Assembly: GCA_050084515.1 (NCBI GenBank)
Contig: CM114271.1
Coordinates: 44,454,001-44,518,000 of the forward strand
Direction of reading: 5' to 3'
Length of the DNA: 64,000 nt
DNA from: Blasia pusilla
Taxonomy: Eukaryota
A program made the position numbers and the translations under genes. The notes beneath the pieces were generated by a model, which saw nothing but the letters and a program-made list of their open reading frames with translations, searched no databases and had not been told where the DNA came from. Of the stretch, positions 25,921 to 37,889 are shown one piece after another. Every line of letters begins with the position of its first letter. The first letter of the stretch is position 1.

Positions 25921-26269
25921 TGCAGTGATCGAGTGACGACCTTGAGAGATGGTGATCTTAGTAGCATTTAGCATTGCCATCACTTGGCCTAGTGATTTGA
26001 TTGAGAGACATGTCCATGCAGAGGATACTCCCGTTCTTGACATTTCTATGGAAAGGAGTGTCATGGTAGCCGCATCAGTTTGTGGAGGACAGGTGCCGCT
26101 TTGGGGCTCGATTGAGAAGCTTCGACGCTTAGCCACTGAGCATGTGCACACCGCGTGGAGCGAGACATTTGCACTAGAGTGTGACGGGTCAGAGGAACCA
26201 CAGGTAGGCAGGAGTGCTACTATGATCCCTTTGGACACCACCCCGATTGTGTGGTGCATCTTAGAGAAG

Positions 26270-27210
26270 GGTATTCGGGTGTTGGATCTCTTTGGAGGGA
26301 TCAACACTCGGTTAGATGTTGTTTCGTACGCTGGAGTACGCGTGCAGCAGTACGTGTATGTGGAGATTGATGATGTTGTGAGGGGCGCTTTACTTCACCA
26401 TGTGGTGCTATTACGCCTCCATTTTCCTGACTTGTTGTCTGCGTTCGCCATTTAGGGTTCCCAGAGTTCCCTACCGAGGGATATTTCATTGTTGGGGGTG
26501 CAAGACTTGGAGCGGGTAGGGACCATAGACTTGGTCATTGCTGGTTGGCTGTGTGAGGGCCAATCGAGTGTTGGACGAGGTAGCGGGTTAGCTGACACTC
26601 GGTCCAGGTTGTTTTGGGAGATGATATGGATCTTGCGACATTTACAGGAGCATCCGTCTTCTTCTCCATCAAACATTTTGGAGAATGTGCCAATTTTGGG
26701 CGATTCGAGGTCCCGTGTGGTGACGAGTGTACAACAGGTGCGCGCATGGATCGGTACGGCAGTGTTGTTAGATGCAGCGAGTGTGGGTTCACAAGCATAT
26801 CGCCCGCGTCTTTGGTGGACCAACTTGGTACCACATGAGGTATTGCGGAGGGCTTATGCAAGAGTGGAGCATCCCTTGGATTTGTTGATGGATTCTATAT
26901 TGGATCCGGGCCGTCGATCACAGGCAATGAGGCACGATGATCAACCTCCGTTGACTGTGGTCAACAGGATTGGCATGCCACGAGCAGCCTTTCCCACATT
27001 GGTGAGTTTTCGCGCTTCCTGTGCATTCAAAGAGGCCAGACCTGGCTTGGTTTGGGATGACCAGGTACATAGGTTGGTGGAGCCCAACGCCAATGAGCAA
27101 GAGCGAGCGATGGGATTCCCCACAGGAGTGATGGGAGTACCGTCACTATCGGAGGCATGACGACGTCATGTCTTGGGTCAAGTGATGGATCTGAACTGCT
27201 TGACATGGAT
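26270..27210 (+). pseudogene. DNMT3-like C5 cytosine methyltransferase domain within pol
   Basis: Motif I IRVLDLFGGI, II YVYVEID, IV IDLVIAGWLCEGQS (PC mutated), VI ILENV, VIII AYRPRLWWTNL, IX EQERAMGFPTG. Confidence 0.9.
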
Positions 27211-27529
27211 TTTCAGCTCAAGGGTAGTTGAGTAACGTCGTTTGAGGATGCAACAGATCACAAAAGTTACATTGGCGGGCCCCATGCCTATCGAGACGGT
27301 TGAGGCAGTGGTTGGGGGCGAGACTCGAGGAGATTGATATACCAGGGGTGATCGGGAGAGACACCCTTGGACTTCTTGAGATATTTTGAAGGTACGCCAA
27401 GAGATGATAGCCACAACATTGAGCATGCTGCTGACTACTGCACGTGGAGATAAGAGTTCTATTGTTCGAGACGGGGTTGCACCATAGCAACCACCAACAT
27501 CCACATTAGAGAGTCCTACAATAGTCACG

Positions 27530-28975
27530 ATGGAGACTTGGAAGCCAGATATGGGCCCTAAGTTGATAGGAGAAGAGGGGCGTCGGATACACCAGTTCCT
27601 TAGGAGTTATAGGAGTTGTTTTGCATTTAGTATCCATGATTTGGGTACTCTGAAGGGTCCAGGGATCTGCATTGAGTTATCGAGTGACACGCCAATCTTC
27701 CAACGACCCTAGAAGTACAATAATATGGAGAAGGCTCTGATTCAAAGTAGTAGCCAAGACTTGGTTAGAGTAGGACTAGTAGAGATGTCGCATGGAGAGT
27801 ATGCATCTGCCACTGTCATGCCCGCCAAGAAGGATGTGCATGGCAACTAGACGGATAGGCAAATGTGTGGAGATTACCGACCTATCAATTGGCAGACAAA
27901 GGCCGATAGGTATGCCATGCCCATCCCTGAGGAGATCTTTGATGCGATTGGGCATGCAAAGGTCTTCAATTCATCGCATTTGCGAGTCGGATACCATCAG
28001 CTGCCTATCAAATTGAAGGACGGGCAGAAGACGGTATTATGGGGCATCGATCCTCACGAGAAGGATTGTTTGTACCAGTGGCGGTTATTACCATTCAGGT
28101 TAAAGAATGCCCCGGTTGAGTTTCAGAGGATCATGGATAGGATCTTGGCAGGTCTGGATTTTGCTAGGTGTTATATTGATGACATCGTAGTCTTTAGCGT
28201 CACAGTTGAGGAGCATGAGCGACATCTAGAGGAGATGTTTTGTCAATTGCAGTTACATGGGTTGAAGCTACATCCAGGCAAGTGCAAGTTCTTCTATGAC
28301 CAGATTGAGTACTTGGGTCATACAATACACCCTTGGGGCCTTGGTGTGCAACAGATGAAGGTAGAGGCTATTTCACGCATTCCACGCCCTACACATGTGA
28401 GTCGAGTTCGTGCATTTATGGGATTGGCAAACTTCTATCGACGGTACGTCAAGGGTTTCAGTTCCATTGCGAAGCCGCTAACCTTGATGACCAAGGTGGA
28501 TCAAGAGTGGCATTGGGTGGATGAGCAAGAGACAACATTTTAGATGCTCAAGGACAGATTGATGTCCGCGCTCATATTGAGGAGATCGATCAGGGATCGT
28601 ACTTTCTACTTGCATACCGATTAGAGCATGTTGGGGCTTGGAGGTGTGCTCACCCAACATGATGATGATGGTAGAGAGTTCGTGGTGGCTTATGCTAGTC
28701 GCTCGAACAACGTTGCAAAGGCGAAGTATAGCTCGTATGAGGGTGAATGCTTGGTTGTTGTGTGGGTTGTCGTTCATTTCAGATGTTACCTATTCGGCAA
28801 TCCCTTTACTATCATTACTGATCATCAGCCACTTAAGTGGTTGATGGAGTCCGATAAGCTTATAGGGAAGCTTGCAAGGTGGGCTCTTTTGTTGTAGGAG
28901 TATGACTTTGAGGTGGTGCATAGACCTGGGACGCTCAACCAAGATGCAGATGGTTTGAGCCGTATACCATGCGCG
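27530..28975 (+). pseudogene. Reverse transcriptase and RNase H
   Basis: MCGDYRPIN, PFRLKNAP, CYIDDIVVFS; LHTD*S.LGLGGVL, YSSYEGECL, TDHQPLKW. Confidence 0.95.
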
Positions 28976-29329
28976 AGTTAGCGAGATGCGATTGGAGCTT
29001 GTTGGCATGGTGAGAGTGATGAGGAGTTGGTGCCAAGATGGCATGCGTCAGCCTATTTGGGCTTGTTGGCTATGGAGAGCCAGATTGCCGAGACTTTGAT
29101 GGCGAGGTCTGATGGAGAGTCCTTAGATCCAGAGGCCGATAAGGAGACGAAAGGTGGCCGAGATATTCACGACGATGGAGTGGTCTTGGAGTACGCATCC
29201 ATTGTGCCTGCGAGCACAATGGGTGCTAGAGAGCGGGATCGGATCCTACAGCGAGCTAGACGGTTCCGGTGGGAGGGGACACATATGTTGCGAGTGTGGG
29301 AGGATGGTAGAGTGCGTGAAGTGCCTCAT

Positions 29330-30602
29330 CCTTCATATAGAGCATGTTTGGTGCGTCATGACCACGAGGAGTTGGGTCATTTTGGAGTGAAGCGGACGTA
29401 CAACTTGCTCTAGATTCAGTATTGGTGGCAAGGCATGCAAAGTAACATTCAGTAGTTTGTTGCTAGATGCATGGTGTGTGATCGAGTTCGAGCATCGTTC
29501 AATGGTTTGAATCCACAGTTGCATCCACTTCCGATCATGGATTTAGGTTATAGATGGAGTTTGGATTTTGTAGGACCTTTGTCTTTGACGAAGGGCCATA
29601 GTCGTTATGTGTTGGTGATGGTGGAGCACTTCTCGAAGTGGATAGAGTTAGTTGAATTGCTTGACAAAGCAAGTGAGGGAGTAGCGTATGCCTTCCTAGA
29701 TCGAGTTTTGAGTCATTACGGCACACGAGCTGAGGTGTTGACAGACCAGGGTACAAAGGTTCGAGGGGAGTTTCAGGCCTTGTGTGATCAGGCACTCATC
29801 GACCACCGCAGTACTTCGTGAGATCATCCTGAGGCGAATGGACTAGCGGAGCGGGTTGTGTAGATGGTGAAGAGAGGACTAAGCAAGTATGGCTTGCAGA
29901 GAGGTCACCTAGGATATTCGGACCTTCAGTTGCCGTGGTTGGCGATGGGATATAGATTCACCAAGGAGGTATCCTTAGCGTCTTTCTCACCGTACTTTTT
30001 GCTTTATGGCCGAGAGCCAGATTTACCTACGGCCATTCGTCGAGATGTTGGTGAGGTGTTGAACCTTGATGACCCTTATGTATGGATGCGAGCATGTTCT
30101 TAGAGGGCTTAGTTATTTCGGAGAGTGATGCCCATGGCGTTTGAGAACTTTAGTGATTGCGCAACATCGGGATACGTTGAGGTATGCGACTATTCGGGGA
30201 GGTGGTTATCAACATACTATCCGGAGGTTTCATCAAGGAGACTATGTCTACTTGCAACAGACGGTACTCACGATGTTGGATGTTACTGCAGGGCACACCA
30301 TCTTGAGAATGCGTGAGGTTTTGCCATCCAGTATTCTCTTATTGGAGAGAGGCAATGGTATGGTTTGGAAGGACCATGTGCGTAACTATGCGCCATGTCA
30401 TCTTTCGAACATTGACGGTACAGTTGATCTGAGCTTAGCAAAAGTTCTTGTAGGCTTGCGGTGTATGTTGTGTTGTTCGGCCCGTGGTGCAGCCACTATG
30501 CTAGTCTGTGATGGGTATTCGAGAGGATGGCATATGGCTTGTTTGATGCCACCTCTCACTAGGGTTCCTCATGGACGATGGATGTGTCCCAGATGTACAT
30601 AG
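29330..30602 (+). pseudogene. DDE integrase with C-terminal PHD finger
   Basis: HEELGHFG...CMVC, RWSLDF, VLTDQG, HPEANGLAER, SPYFLLYG; PHD CMLC...MLVCDG.SRGWHMACL.PPLTRVP.GRWMCPRC. Confidence 0.93.
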
Positions 30603-30769
30603 AGTAGGTAGTTCTATATTCCGACTTGTGTCTGTGACATGGATGATAAGAAGGCGACTAACGATGGGTCCACATGAGCACTCGACCTTCTTGCTCTTAG
30701 CGTCTGAGAGATGTATGTCATGGTAGGTAGAGATAGATGACTATCTAGAGTTAGAGGGATCTAACCACT

Positions 30770-30780
30770 AGCTAGGGGGG
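30770..30780 (+). other. Polypurine tract
   Basis: agctagggggg directly before repeat B1; same at rc 59582-59592. Confidence 0.7.
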
Positions 30781-31394
30781 TGATTAGAGATATTTTGGTA
30801 CTTCTTGTCTCGTTGTTTGGATGTCATGAATTAGCATGGGATCATGCGTGTTTGTGTGTGTGTTCGGTGACAACGATGTATATTGTGTAGCGATGTGTAT
30901 GCGGAGGACAACTGTCAAGTTTGGAGCCATATTGAAAAACTTACTATTTTAGGTAAGTACCATTTTGAGTATATGATCGACTTTATATTTTTGGTGAGTG
31001 GCCCTTGACTTCCTACATCAGGTCAAGAGCCAAGGAGGTGACTTGGGAGCATAGGTTTCCATGGAGAGGGGAGGGGTATACCTCAAGGAGAGAGAGCTTG
31101 AGAGATCATTCTCTCTTTGTTGAACCTCTTGGCATGAGGTGGCGGAGCTATGGTCTTGCTTACCTTGTGTGTGTAACCCAAGCCTCTCATTAGGAGAGTG
31201 GGTTTGGTTTGACATTGAGAGAGACAGTGAGAGTGCACATATTTGAGAGCTATGGTGTTGAGAGAGATTGGAGATATTTTGGTACTTCTCGTCTCGTTGT
31301 TTGGATGCCATGAGTTAGCATGGGATCATGCGTGTCTGTGTGTGTGTTCGATGACAGCGATGTATGTTGTGCAGCGGTGTGTATGCGCACGACA
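30781..31394 (+). repeat. 3' terminal block B1 (30781-30910) - ac - A2 (30913-31272) - B2 (31266-31394)
   Basis: B1 and B2 are ~130-bp direct repeats ending in GACA; A2 starts TGTCA and matches A1. Confidence 0.9.
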
Positions 31395-34300
31395 TTCTCT
31401 CAAGCATCTCACATGATAACTAGAATGAAGCTAGCAAGTTCTAATGGTGAACTTCCTGAATTTACCCCACGAGGATTAGATGATGATACTACCCTCCATG
31501 TCCCTATCTTGTCTGACTTTGAAAACTTCAATGTCAAGTCAAAACCCAATTCTTCCACATCCCCAATTGACCTTACCACCTACGAGCGTGAAACTCACAT
31601 CACATCTCTAGCAAAACGCAAGTGTGCTTGATGCTCTTGAGGCATCAATTTCTTTCATACACTTTGTAGTTTGTAACTTTAAATGTCTCTACTAGGCGCT
31701 TATTCATTTCTAACTTATCCACATTCTCGTCATCATGTAGGCAATGTCTTGGTTTCAATGGATACCGCCTATCCAATGTAGACCATAATCTCACAATCAA
31801 AGCAATCATCCCTACTATCAATAGACATTAGCATCCTATCATGTGCCAATTTTTTTGTCATCTCTCTTCAAGAGATATTTTGATTGCACAAATTTTATGA
31901 TGCAAATGCAAACATCTTTCAATTGGTTTACTCATATCTTCAATTTTCTCATCACTTCATTCAATCTACTCTTTATTTCTTATTATTCTTCAGTATGCAA
32001 CAATGCATTTCTTAATTTATGCATTTCTTATTCATGTGTGCACTAAGTATTGCTTCTTTTCACTTCAAGTAATTGTCAGATTCTTTCAATTCCTTATTGT
32101 ACTAATGTTATGCTATCTTTTTCAGTAATCTCATCTTACTTACCCTTCTTAAGTACACTATTGCAGATAAGAACAAGGCAGCCGTGCCGTCGTCCCAACT
32201 TCAACCATACTGCACTTCCACCACCATTACTACATGTTGAGTTCAACACCAACACTTTTGATCAAGACCAATCAAATTCTGAGACTTCCACTGTTCCACT
32301 TCACGTGTACACACGACTTCTACACAAACTGGATATGCTTCAAGATGACAAGTCTGCTCTCAGTTCGGATATCAAATCTCTATCTTGCAGTGTTAACAAT
32401 GCTTTACTCAGGGCTACCAAAGCTGAGTCTATCCATACTACTTACAAGTCCCATCTTACAAGTGCATATGAGTACTTTCACGACTTTATGAAAGAAACAA
32501 CATACCTCATTGAGGGGAACCCTAAGTTAGAACTTCAAGCTGCTTTGATTCAATCTCTGCTACGCACTTTCATTTCTTGTGATTAGTACAACCATCTCCA
32601 TATTTTTACTTTTTGCTGTTGATTATACTTCTGGTCCATTCAACTTTCATCTTATGTATCTTCTACCAACTCGATTGATATGAGATTTGGAATACAAACT
32701 CATACCTATGTGTCATTTTAAAAAGACATTTCACATTTTGCATTTCTGTTATGAAATATATTTTCCAACACTTTCATTACTTTCTACTGTACATATGCAA
32801 CTCAACCACTCTTACTCTTATTTACAATTGTTTCTATTTGTTCCCTGCTACCAGCTGGTATAATGTACAAGATGTGCACACTATATTATATTCAGGTCCA
32901 TGTCCATCACTAAAATGCATACAGACTCCTTTCACAACAATAGGTCTTTCAGCAATAGGAACATATTCCATTCCTTGCTTTGTTATGTTAAAACAAGATA
33001 AATTCACACGTTCATACACAAATTCAAACTTCTTTTGGGCATTAAGTCTACTAAATTTCATATCCATCAATAGGTCTGCTTCAAATACCAAACAAGTGAG
33101 ACCTAACTAAACCTGCCAACATATGCCATTACACAACACACCCTAAACACTCCACATCTCTTTAGCAACATAACATCACCTTACTCTTATGTCTCTAATA
33201 GGCTCATTTAACTACTATTTCTTTACATTCAACTACATTTCAGATCTGACCGGCACTTATATCAAATATATAATCCGCATGTTGCATTAAGCACACTACA
33301 AATATATGACACGTTTTTAATTCCACCATTCCATAATTTTACTTCTTTATTAATCCATACAACTACTAGCTCCAATTACAAATATTCTTACAAACCACCA
33401 CTTTTCATTTACCTTTCCGACTTATCTATCTTTCCGACTTATCATCTAAATGTACGCTACCAACTTCCACCCAAATATTCAATCTCCTTTCTTTCAAGAT
33501 TGACACCCCAACCTAAATCAAGTCGTCCTACTTTTACTGTAGCTTTAGTGGCCGCACACTTGTTTGTCTTGGAGAATTGTGTTCTCATAGAGGTTGGCAC
33601 CACAGGAATGGACACATCCGTCCGGTGTCTTCTCGTAGCAATGGGTATTGAAAGGTCAGAGGCAATACGGTATGGTTACGGAACTAGTAACCAGATCCAT
33701 TTACAGTAATGTTAGTCTGTTAAGTGCGGCAGATTTGAGGGCTTCGAGAATCAACAGAAGAGGAGAAAACTTGGGGTCTCGGTGACTCCGGGAGGCCAGA
33801 AGGTTTGGGAACCGGCCCAGATCTGCAAGGTGAGAAATGGCTAATGTGGAGGAAGAAAGTTGGCGAGTTCACCGTTGATTTCGGCTATGGAAAAAGCACG
33901 GGGAATTATCTGGGTTTCTGAGTCGAGGTTGCTTTGGATGTTGGGATTCAAGATTCTGAGTTATCTTATATTTGTTCGACGATGGAGAGGGTTAGAAACC
34001 TGCAGTACTAGGAGACTGTCGGCAAAACTATGATTTGTATTTCTTCTGAGGATCCATGGCTTAAAATATCATGTGATAGGATTGTCCTGCCAGGCTTTCT
34101 CTGAAGCCCGAATATTGAAATATTTCTCTGATGATAGGTTTACGCTTGAGATCAGGCGGAGGTATTGGTTTGCATAATTTAATTAAAATTGCGGATAAAA
34201 AGTGGGATCATGAAACTTGAAATTTTGGCTGGAAGATTCAATGAGCGAGAAGGAGAAGGCCAGGGAGATTTAGAGTCACTGATCCTTGAATTCATCTGTC

Positions 34301-34503
34301 TCCAGTTCGTAGGCGCTCAAAGTGAGGTTTGCGGGTCTTGCAGTTCGCCAACAAAGCGAGCTGCCATTTTCCCACGCAATGGGCTGAAGAGCCAGAGGAA
34401 GAGAAACTCGAGAGGTTGTGTTGGTCGATTGACGGTTTGTGAACATCAATTGAGTTTGTGAAGTTGACTTTTGAAGTGTTCTCGCTCTTGGAATTGGGTC
34501 CTC

Positions 34504-37500
34504 ATGTCGGCCCGCATGTTTCAGCGGGCTCTGAGGAACAACGAGGCAAAGTCTCCTGTCGATACGGTTAACTCTGATCAGAACCGCAGTGACTCGGAAG
34601 AAGATCATGCCCGAGAATCTGTGAGCAATCGCTTTGACCTTTTAGGGTTACAGGCAAGGACTCTTTCCAACGCTGCTCCTAAGCTTCGCATGTCTTTCTG
34701 TTAGGGCATGTCAATTTTACTAGAGTAAGATCAGCTCAATGATTTATCAGTACAATTAATCAATGGGTGGCCCGAGCAAATTCGAGGCAGTGTATAGTCT
34801 ATCGTTCATAAATAGTCGCAAAAGGAGCGTGTTCCAAAATTCGGATGGTACGTGACTGGAAGATGGCGTGTGTGAGCAGGATGATGCTGAAGACGACGAA
34901 GGAGAGGATGTCGAAAGGCATTCAGATCAACAGAGTGCTGCAGGTTCTGCTTCCACTTCAGCACCGGTGCCTAGTAAGGCAAAAAGGAAAAAAAATAAAG
35001 GCAAGAAGAAGGGAAAACAACAGGGCAGTTCTGAAGAAAGACAGGTAGACGAGGATGAGTCAGTTGATCAGCTCTTGGAAAGACTGGTAGTCAGGAATGG
35101 GGAGTCCTCGAGCTCAGTTGTGGGTCAGGATGTGAGGGAGTTTCCCAATGTCTTGGCTGTTGATACAAAACATTTAAGAGCAGAAGATGAACTGCGTCGG
35201 ATTTTTGGGTCAAAAGTCATCAATTCTGTAGAAAATGGAGTTGATGGATCAGGGTTTTCAAGGAGGAGGCAAGCTGCTTCTCGGCGAACTGGCAGAGGAA
35301 TGCCTTTGAGAAAGAGCCTTTTGGTAGTACCCATGGAACACTGGGGTGACTGGGCTCGTTGTGATGGGGGAATATCCATGGAGTGTACTGAAGTGAAGGA
35401 TGGGTTACAATTCTACAGGTACTTGATACAATCACACCTTGTCACCAAACATCAACTTGAATGTTTCCCACTGTAATCTTTGTCATAAAATAGCCTCCTG
35501 GTTGATCAATCTGCCTGAAGCCTGAAGTTGTAATGATTGTATTGTTGAACTGGTTTTCAAGAGATAGGCATATTGGTTGGAGTGCATAGTATGTTCTAAG
35601 TGAATCCTGAAATTGGCAGTTTAGTGGTTATCTCACCAATTGCTTGAAAGGCCACTACACTCCTTTCGGTCTTTGCTCTTTCTTGTATCCCTTCAGATCA
35701 TGATTCTGATTCCGTGATCAGTGCACCAACTGTCTTGGTTCAACTTTTAAAGGCAATGCCATCTCGTCTGAACATATTGTCTATTCTAACTAGCAGGATG
35801 TCCTGAATGGATCTATTGTTGCCTTGGTACATCTCCAGGTACAAATATTCCCCATCATATCTGGAGGTACAAAAAAAGTTTGAATCTTGTGTAGCATCAC
35901 ATGATCCAAACACCATTGTTATGCTACTTCGCCAGCATCCATATCATGTAGACTCCCTGCTAGCATTGGCAGAGGTCTACAAGCATATGGGGGAATTTCA
36001 ACATGCCGCAGACTTGCTGGAACAATCTCTTTATGCTTTAGAGTGTTCATGGCACCCATGGTTTAATCCTGCCTTGGGGATCTGTAGGTTGGACTTCTCA
36101 TGTGATACAAACAAGTCTTTGTTCCTGGCCTTGTTCCGTCACATGCAACATTTGGGTAAACGAGGATGCCATCGTACAGCTCTTGAAGTGTGCAAGTTTC
36201 TCCTGTCTCTCGATCCAAGTGATCCTCTTGGGTCCCTTTTCTGTATTGATTACTTTGCGTTGAGGGCGGAGCAATATGAATGGTTAGAGGACTTTGTTGA
36301 ACGGTACGAAAAAGACAAGTCCCTTTCTCTCCTCCCAAATTTTTCTTATTCCCTGGCTGTAGCTTGCTTCCATCTGGAAGAGCGAAGTTCTGAGCGGAGC
36401 AATGGATCTGGGGGCAATTCAAAGCAAGCAAAAGGATCTAGGATAAATAAGATATCCTCTGACAATCTCTTACAGCAAGCTCTCATGATACATCCATGTG
36501 TGGTAAAGAAAATTATCGACAAAGCACCAATCAAGGAGGATGTGGGTTGGACCAAAATTCTCACCCACCCTCATTTTCTCAATGCCACTGGAGGAGGACC
36601 TACACTAGAGCATCTGATAAATATATATGTTGAGAGAAATTACTTGATTTGGCGAGCACCAGAACTTCAGGCATGGCTCAAAGAAGCTGCTGCAGCTGTT
36701 ACTCGAATGGCAGATAAGAGCCAGGACACCAAGTCTAGTTCTGAGATGGCCAACTGGCAATGTGTACGAACGGAAGTGTTTCATTCAAATGACAACGAGT
36801 ACTCTCACTATCCATTTGATTGTGTTTGTGTGGCCTGCTGGGTTTCAATGTTCAGAAGTAGAATCATACGAACATCTCAGAAGTCATCAGCTTGGGGTGG
36901 CCATCACTTGGATTCCATTACTCCAGTGAAATATTTGTCAAGACCAGGATAAGCAGTTCCTCATGCAATTTTTTGGTGTTTTGGGCTCACCTATTTGAGT
37001 TCCTATGTGCCTTCTGCTAATATTCCCATCAATTTCTCTTGGTGTTTCAAAAAGGGATGGCCTTAGTGCATCTGTTATTTCATTTATAGAAGCAGAGGAA
37101 TGCTGGTTGATCATCTGGTATTTTATTGTTTTAGAACTTTTCCTGTACATCGAACATCAAAAGAATCACCGAGTGAAACACAGCTTATCTCCAAAGGATT
37201 TTCATTATGAGGGGAGAACTGTCATCTTCAATATCCACAAGTGGTGTGGTGCAGGGTAATAAGTACTAGGGCAGACAGCAGTAGTTTTTGAACCTTCATA
37301 GTCTCCTTCATGGTCGTCATGCAAAGATGATCTATTGAACAGAATCACAGAATATGTCTGGGGTTATGGTAAGAGGTGCAAAGGGCTTCACTCATGTTGA
37401 CAATATGTAGAGGAACTGGAGCAATGGCTCTGTACTTTAGGGACCTATTTGTACCATGTTCTTCAGATTCTATCCAATCATTGTAAGAGATATCGCTATT

Positions 37501-37889
37501 GGAGCTGTTCCTTTTAATGCACACTGACATTGCTCTTGTTCTTGTCCACCAGATATCGTCACCTGCATGTGTCGGAATTTTCAGATTCAACCTCTACACT
37601 TCCCCCAGAAGAGGTGCCGCAGTTGGGTTTTCCACGGGGGTTTGCACCTAGGGTGGAGTTTCAAGGTGCAGATGTGTTGGCTGATGATGTTGCACGTGAC
37701 AATGAAATCTTGCAGATTCATCAGACTGTACAACAGGCTGCATCGCAGGGTCGGAATGCATTGTTGGTATTTCTCCACTCTTTAGTTCCGAGGGTGGAGT
37801 ATGGTGGAGAAGTTCCTGTAGAGGACGCTCCTGTGTTGCTGGAGGAAGGTAGCGAAGGGGACACTGGAGGGGATGACAGGGACTGTTGA
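34504..37889 (+). CDS. TCF25: Transcription factor 25 / Rqc1-family protein; exons 34504-34653, 34880-35418, 35839-36798, 37553-37889
   Basis: Motifs SNRFDLL, LRAEDELRRIFGSKV, DPNTIVMLLRQHPYHVDSLL, KRGCHRTALEVCKFLLSLD..DP, IDYFALRA, LLPNFSYSLA, NEYRHLHVSEFSD; splice phases 0, 2, 2 are compatible; intron 1 is GC-AG. Confidence 0.92.

Larger units (their letters stand above)
21864..31394 (+). mobile_element. Full-length decayed Gypsy-type retrotransposon: gag-PR-DNMT-RT-RH-INT-PHD with split terminal repeats
   Basis: TGTC...GACA termini, flanks tcct/ttct (4-bp TSD with one mismatch), Gypsy domain order, terminal repeats shared with the copy at 58810-59580. Confidence 0.93.

Noticed and set aside
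21864-31394. DIRS/Ngaro tyrosine-recombinase element
   Set aside because: Despite split repeats it has a protease, a DDE integrase, a PPT, TG..CA ends and a TSD; no YR motifs seen.
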